Below, piece after piece: positions 57,472 through 64,000 of a stretch of 64,000 nt of DNA. Below the pieces are notes generated by a model. It worked only from the letters and a program-made list of their open reading frames with translations. It had not been told where the DNA came from and did no database searches. This DNA is from Convolutriloba macropyga (taxonomy: Eukaryota): assembly GCF_964194025.1 (NCBI RefSeq), contig NC_134476.1:29512001-29576000 (forward strand), given 5' to 3'. The first letter of the stretch is position 1. The number at the start of each line of letters is the position of its first letter. The position numbers were made by a program, and so were the translations under genes.

Positions 57472-60400
57472 AAGAATAGTAGGCGTGCAAAAATTGCCAG
57501 TGAAATTTTCAAGCTGTTCAAAAACTTGAGATAAGCGAGCAAAGTTTATGTTTTTGTGTGGCTTGTTCCAACAGTTTTTTATTAGTTTTCTCTCTTTCGG
57601 ATTAATATTTTTTCTAAACCATATTAACAAGTAAATGATAGTTTGGGAGTTTTTTCACCACCTCAATCATGAATTGGGTTTTATACGCAATCTTGAACTA
57701 TTTTTATGATCTCGCCGTTTGGACGCTTTTGAAGCGGTTTTGTACTTTTTCAACTTTTTAATGTCTGGGGTAACCTTTTATGGTTGGAATTAGCGTTCAC
57801 GTGGGTTTTCATGCGCTTTTATTTTTATTATCACTTGAAGTTTGTTTCAGGTTTTTTTTACTAATCACCGTTTGTTTGCATTTCAGAGTATTTTTCAATT
57901 TCATTAGTCTAAATAGGCTGCAGTGTTATTTGTACTAATCAACTGATAAGCAGAAACTGCTTCTTGAAGTGCTTAAAAGATCTGTTGATACAAGCCTTGA
58001 TGAATTTTTGGAAAAAAATTTACAGGTTGCTTAGATTTTTTCCTTTAGTTTTTTTGCTTGCTTTTGCTTTTTTGAGATGTGTCGCTTGTTTTTTTTTTAA
58101 TATGCTCCCTCATCTTATCAGCCCGATATTATACCGGCACTTTTTTCCGCTTTACCTTTGTTCACAGCTTGTTCAATTTCTCGCTTTAAACGTTTTGGCC
58201 TTCTCTAAGCTATTTTCAGGCTTCTCTCATTCTGCTTGAGGTGCTTTTAAGCCGCAGTTAATCAGAAAATTAATTTAGAATCAACAGACTCTTTATTGGG
58301 AAACCGAATTAAAAATAGAAACGAGATCAACCAATAAACGCAATTTTTAGATGCCTGCTCCCCTGCGCTTTGTTTTTTTTAGTTAATATCTCTAATGCTT
58401 ATTGCTATTGATACTAGTCTCTTTATCCCCTAATCATGACATCCGAGTATGTCTAACTACGGAATGACATCAACATAGTTTACACTTTAAATTTTTTTAA
58501 AAGTAATTTTTTAGTGCCAATGGTGGCTGTTTTTCAGCAGTCTGCCGGGAATATTAGACAATCTCTTATCTAGAATTGTTAATGGAACTGCAACTATTCT
58601 GGAAAAGTTTCCTTTTTCTCATTTTTCTTTTCCTTTCTAATTTGTTTTCTCCAGTTGTTTTTTTTTCTAATTGAATGATATGAAGTAAATGATTATGCTA
58701 ATTTAGTTAGTGTAGTGATTAGGCTAAAGCGAAAGTTAAGTTCTACTTCGTGTCGATTCCGGAGTTTTCTGGCTAGGTTTTAATTTCTCAACACTTGGCG
58801 TAGTGATTTTATTCACGCCGGGGTAGTAATAAGAGCGGAGAGAGAGAGAGAGAGATAAGTCATAAGGCGTGATATTGTTTCAAACTGCTGTCAAGTCAAC
58901 TCGGAAAAATGCGTCGGAAGAGATGTTTGGTTTTTGAGAGCGAACATTTTATTTCACGTGTGTTAATTTGAGTTCTGATTTGCTGCTTTCTCTCTAATGT
59001 CTGTGTGAATACTTTCGAAAGGGAATACGTGTGTTCTATTATTGTGCAGTTGCAGTTGTTTAAACCCCACAAACGGCAACTAATGTTTTTCAAGATTTAG
59101 GCGCTATTATTTTTTATTAAATTAAAATCATATTTGGATTTTGCCTGTTTTTGTACTTCTTTGCTTTTTCATTTACTGAGGGGTCTCAATGGCTCTCTAT
59201 TGACGTTTAGTCAAATTAAGTTACCGATTTGATTAGAACTGAAACGGTTTTAACTAATTTAACACCGATTGTTTTGAATTAAGTTTAAAGAATTTTTGAA
59301 TTTTTCCTCTTTTATCGCACTTTTTTTTCTATTAATCAGCCTCATCATTGACTTTTTTATTTTACCATTTTATTCGTGGTCTAGGTGTTCTGTCAATTTA
59401 TTTCTTTGATGATAGTTCTCATGGGCTATTTTTGTGGGCATTTTAGAGTTAAACTGTCTTTCAATTCAAAGCTGAAATTAATGGATTTGACCATACTTTT
59501 TTTCCAAATTGATTAGTTAGTTTTTTTTTAGATTTTGCGTGTTCTGCCAGTTTTCTGTGTTCCGTCACTTATTGGAACCAATGACATGTTTTTAGGTTCT
59601 TTAATTAAAAAATTCTTGAGTATTTTTAAGGGTCCTTTTTCACAGCTAACAATTTTTTCGAGTTTGACAAAATATACTCGTGATATATATTTTCAAAAAA
59701 TACTCGTGATTTCTTGGATTTCGCCCGTTTTTCGTAGTTGTTTTTTTGTCGTTTGGTTGCACAGTCATTAGAAATAGGTCTTTCGATCGTGAACTTACGG
59801 TTGTTCTCTTTTTGTTGCTACTTTTGTTACTTGGTCCCCCAATTTTTTTACCTAAAGATAGTAGGACAGAAGTTGTAGAGCTCAGGTTTTGTTTGCATTA
59901 TTCAATGACTTCTATGCTACTTATGTTCAATGGGATCGTAAAAAAGATTTTTTTTAATGTTTGTTTTATCTGTTGGTGATTTTCTACAAAGTTGGCGTTT
60001 GCCGCCTCAATTCGGAAAAGCCGCCTGCGTAAAAGTCTTTTGAAGTTTGCGTTGTTGTACCGATAACCCTGTTCTTCTAAAAGTGAAGCAGAACAAGCTT
60101 GTTTATAGATTTTTTATTATGTTTACTTTCGTCGATATTTTGGTTTCTGACTTTTATAGGAGCCCGCTCATAGTGTTGTCTTCTGATTAATCAATTCTTT
60201 GAATTTTTATTGAGGACTGGTCCTGCTACGGTTTTTATCGTTTTTTTTAAATTTAAAAACAAGAAGTCATGGGGACTTATTGGTGTCCAACTTTTTTGGT
60301 GTCTAGTGGTGCTCTCAAAACGACTGATTTCGTGTGGCCCTTTTTACTTTTCATCCTCAAAGGAGATAAATAGAAAGACCGGAGGACATTAAGCGGCTCA

Positions 60401-63400
60401 GCAGCGCTCTTGGAGCCTTACAACTTGCTAATATGTCCCGCTTTAAATTTGACCCTCCTCTCCCCTCTGTCTCCCCGATAATGCTAGTTTCTACAAGCTG
60501 GCTACTACCAAAGCCAACTACTCGATGGTCTGTGTGTTGAACAATTCGCCCGACTTAGTCGATAACGTTTAGACCCAGTTCTCTTGACGTAAAGTTGTAG
60601 ACATTTTCTGGCCGACTTATACTGTCGAATTCAGTTACTTAAGTTTCAGAGCCCATCGCAATTTGAACTATGAAAACAATTAGATGAATCCTTCGAAATT
60701 AGAGCTTGAACTTACCCATCTTTATGTATAGGTTAGAACTTAATCTTAGTCGAACGAGTGATGGACACGAGGCCCGAGTGGTCTAAGGTTTTGTTGTAAG
60801 GCTTTTAGAGAACCAAAGGGTACGAACTTGTTGAACTTCTATTGAAATTCGAGTAAATATGGCAGATTTTTGAAAGGAAAGATTTAAAAATATACTGGAG
60901 TTGATATAAACCGGAGGCCTCAGTCTCCTATAGTGAAGCAGCCGATTAATTATAGCGGTTTGATTGAAAATTGAGATTTCTTAGTTTGAATGGTTGAGCT
61001 TAGACGTAAAGTGAAAATCCTATAGAAAACTAAGTTTGGACAGAAATGAGACTTTCACTTCTTTCAATCTTTCAAACTAAGCTCTCTACCTCTAAGTTTT
61101 AATGAACGATGAAATTCTTACCATCGATTTTCTGAATTTGTTTCAATTACAGGACACGAAATTGAAAATGTTATATTTACTGTTTTTAAAAGCATTCACT
61201 GAAGTTAAAAAATGGGTTCCGTAAACCGAATTATTTTAAATTATTAAAGTATTGGCGGAGCGTCTTTTTTATCAATAATTTTTTGAATGATGTCAAAGTC
61301 AATGCCGCACGTGAAAACTAAGAGACTAAGTCAACCGGCTGAAGAAATTGAGGACTAGAGAGAAGAGAAAGTGTTTTTCTGTCCATTTTTCTGTTTTGCT
61401 GCGTTTGTGAGAAAGCAAGAAAAGCAGGCGTCAAATCCTTTGAGCGAAATTTTCGATCTGCGCAAAATTTTTGTACAAAATAATTTGATAAACAAAATAA
61501 TTTTGTTTATCCTTTCGGTGCCAACTGTATTTTTTCAAGTGGCAATTTGACTTGTGATTTGCTGTTCTCTCTCCTTTTTCTATGAGAATACTTTTGAAAG
61601 GCGATAAGTTTGTTCATATATTGCTTCATTGGAGTTTATAAACACCACAAAAGGCGACTAATGTTTTTCAAGATTTAGACGCTATTGGTCTTCATGAAAT
61701 ACAAATATTTGGATTTTACCTGTTTCGTGGCCCTTTTCGTTGCTTTGTTATTTTACGACAATAATGAGGGGTCTCAATGGCTCTCTATTGAGGTTTAGTC
61801 AAATTAGGTTACCGATTTGAATAGACATGAAACGGTTTTAACTAATTGGATACTGATTGTTCCGAGTAAAAATTAACTAGTTTTTGTGAATTTTTTCCTC
61901 TTTTATGGTACTTTTTTTTCTATTAATCAGCCTCATCATGGACAGCTCCAAGTAGCTCCTCTACGAATCTCAAATTGATCAATGTGTTGGTTTATATTCA
62001 TATCTTACGTTTATCGTAACTTTCACACACTTACGGTCAAGTTTTTTGCCACTTTTGTAACTGAGGTGTTCTGTCACTTTATTTCATTGATGATCATATG
62101 GGCCATCTTTAGGCATTTTTGAGTTAACCTGTCTTTCATTTCCGAACTAAAGTTGAGGGATTTCAGAATACTTGTATTCCAAATTTGTTTAATACTTTTT
62201 TTTTAGATTTTGCGTGTTCTGGTATTTTTCTTTGTTCCGTTACTTAGTTACACCAATGAAATGTTTTTAGGCTCCCCAATGAATAATTCTTGAGTTTATT
62301 TAATGATTCTTGTTTCACAGCTAACATTTTTTTCAACTTTGACACGACTGTTTCAAAAATACTTATGATTTCGCCGGTTTTTCGTGGATGTTTTTTGTTG
62401 TTCGGTTGCACAGTGATTAAAAATAGGTCTTTCGATTGTGAACTCTCGATTCGTGAACTTTTTTGTTGTCCAATTTTGTTGCTACTTTTTTCTGTGGTCA
62501 CCCAATTTTTTTTGCGTTCTATCTATGCATAGTAGGACAGAGGTTGAGGAACTCAGGGTTTCTGTGCAAAATTTAATGACTGTGCAAAAACTAATTCACT
62601 TTCAATGAAATCGTAAAAAGAGATGTTTGTTGTCCGTTTATAAGCCTGTTAACGGTTTTTTACAGAGTTGGTGTTTGCTGCCTAAACTTGCCCTGCGTAC
62701 AAGTTAATGTCTCTAATGATTATTGCTGTTGATACTGGTCTCTGTATCCCCTCATCATGAGACAAGAGTTTTTCTAGCTAAGGAAGGACATTAACATGGT
62801 TCACACTGAAAAACAATATTTTGTAAAAATCAATTTTTTTTCTAACCTTTCAGTGCCAATTGCGTTCATGGTAATCAATGGCGGCTTTTCCAGCAATTTG
62901 CCGGCTATATTAGACAATCTCTTATCTAGAATTGTTGTTGGAACCGCAACTATTCTTGAAAAATTGCCAAGAACATGCTTTCTCATTTTTCTTTTCCTTT
63001 CTAATTTGTTTCCTCCAGTTGTTTTTGCAAATTGAGTGGTATACTGAAGTAAATAGTTATGCTAATTTAGTTAGTGGTTAGCTAAGGCGACAGTTAAGTT
63101 CTACATAGAGTCGATTCCGGAGTCTTCTGGCTAAGGTTTTTTAAATTCTTAGCACTTGGTGTAGTGATATTAATCACTGTAGAGTAGTAATAAGAGCGAA
63201 AAGCAAGTGATAATAAGGCGTGATTGTTTCAAACTGCTGTGAAGTTAACTTGTAAAGTTGTTTAAAAATTTTTTCACGTGGCATTTTGACTTCTGATTTG
63301 CTGTTTTCTCTCCATTTTAATTAAGAATTCTTTTTAAAGATGATTAGTTTGTTCTATTAATGCATAATTGGGTTTTTAAACCCCACAAAAGGCGGCTAAT

Positions 63401-64000
63401 GTTTTAAAGATTTAGAAGCTATTAGTTTTCATAAAATACAAGTGATATTTGGATTTTGCCTGTTTCGTTGCTTTGTTATTTACTGCCATTAGTTGTTAAT
63501 TAGGTTACCGATTTGAATAGAAATGAAACGGTTTTAACTAATTTGATACCAATTGTTCCGAATAAAAATTAACTAGTTTTTGATTTTAGTTTTCTCTTTT
63601 ATCAAACTTTTTTCTATTAATCAGCCTCATCACGGACAGCTCTTAGTAGCTCCTCTATGAATCACAATTTGATCAATATGTTGGTTTTTATTGATATCTT
63701 ACGGTTTTCGCAACTTTGACACACTTACGGTCAAATTTTTTTTGCCACTTTGATATTGAGGTGTTTTGTCACTTTATTTCGTTGATGATAGATCTTATGG
63801 GTCATTTTTGCACGCTTTTTTGAGTTAACCTGTCTTTCAATACAAAACTAAAGTTGATGGATTTCACAATACTTGTGTTCCAAATTTATTTAATACTTTT
63901 CTTTAGAATTTGCGGGTTCTGGTAGTTTTCTTTGTTCCGTCACTTAGTGGCACCAATGACATGTTTTTAGGTTCTCTAATTAAGAATTCTTGAGTATATT
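57265..64000. repeat. Diverged array of about 1.7-kb AT-rich units (about 58380-60030, 61540-63280, 63280-end) with a shared leader (about 57270 and 61255)
   Basis: ctaatgttttt(c)aagatttag at about 59081, 61658 and 63396; atattagacaatctcttatctagaattgtt at about 58551 and 62907; aagtcaatgccgcacgtgaaaactaagagacta at about 57327 and 61296. Confidence 0.8.
57418..57466. repeat. (GA)n microsatellite
   Basis: About 24 GA units. Confidence 0.95.

Noticed and set aside
57357-57630. ORFs with LSLSLS runs
   Set aside because: Translation of the (GA)n microsatellite

Overview
AT-rich eukaryotic (invertebrate metazoan-like) genomic DNA with spliceosomal introns and dense TE content; the species cannot be determined from sequence alone. 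Host genes: a 5-coding-exon arfaptin (1545-12384, with two consecutive GC-AG introns), a coiled-coil protein (30322-31317), a CCDC28-like gene (31699-32574) and a 2466-aa single-exon ankyrin-WGR-PARP (PME-5/tankyrase-like) protein whose catalytic motifs look dead. The centrepiece is a recently inserted 10.9-kb envelope-bearing Ty3/Gypsy-like LTR element (17473-28396; 392-bp LTRs with 7 differences, AATAA target-site duplication, PBS, PPT). It carries gag, protease, a pol lacking RT/RNaseH, an integrase tail ending in a TARG1/OARD1-like macrodomain, and a class I fusion env with an in-phase leader splice. Between pol and env, on the antisense strand, is a cassette the ORF track only shows as fragments: a spliced gene for an HHCC zinc finger + OTU-like cysteine protease + NLS, and a small signal-peptide/Cys-rich/TM protein. 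Together this resembles a complex retrovirus with accessory genes acting on ubiquitin and ADP-ribose. The remainder is LINE, CRE and BEL relics, two Helentron-type (HINE/DINE-1-like) non-autonomous families, MITE/foldback hairpins and kb-scale tandem duplications. All family assignments are by eye from motifs, not from database searches.
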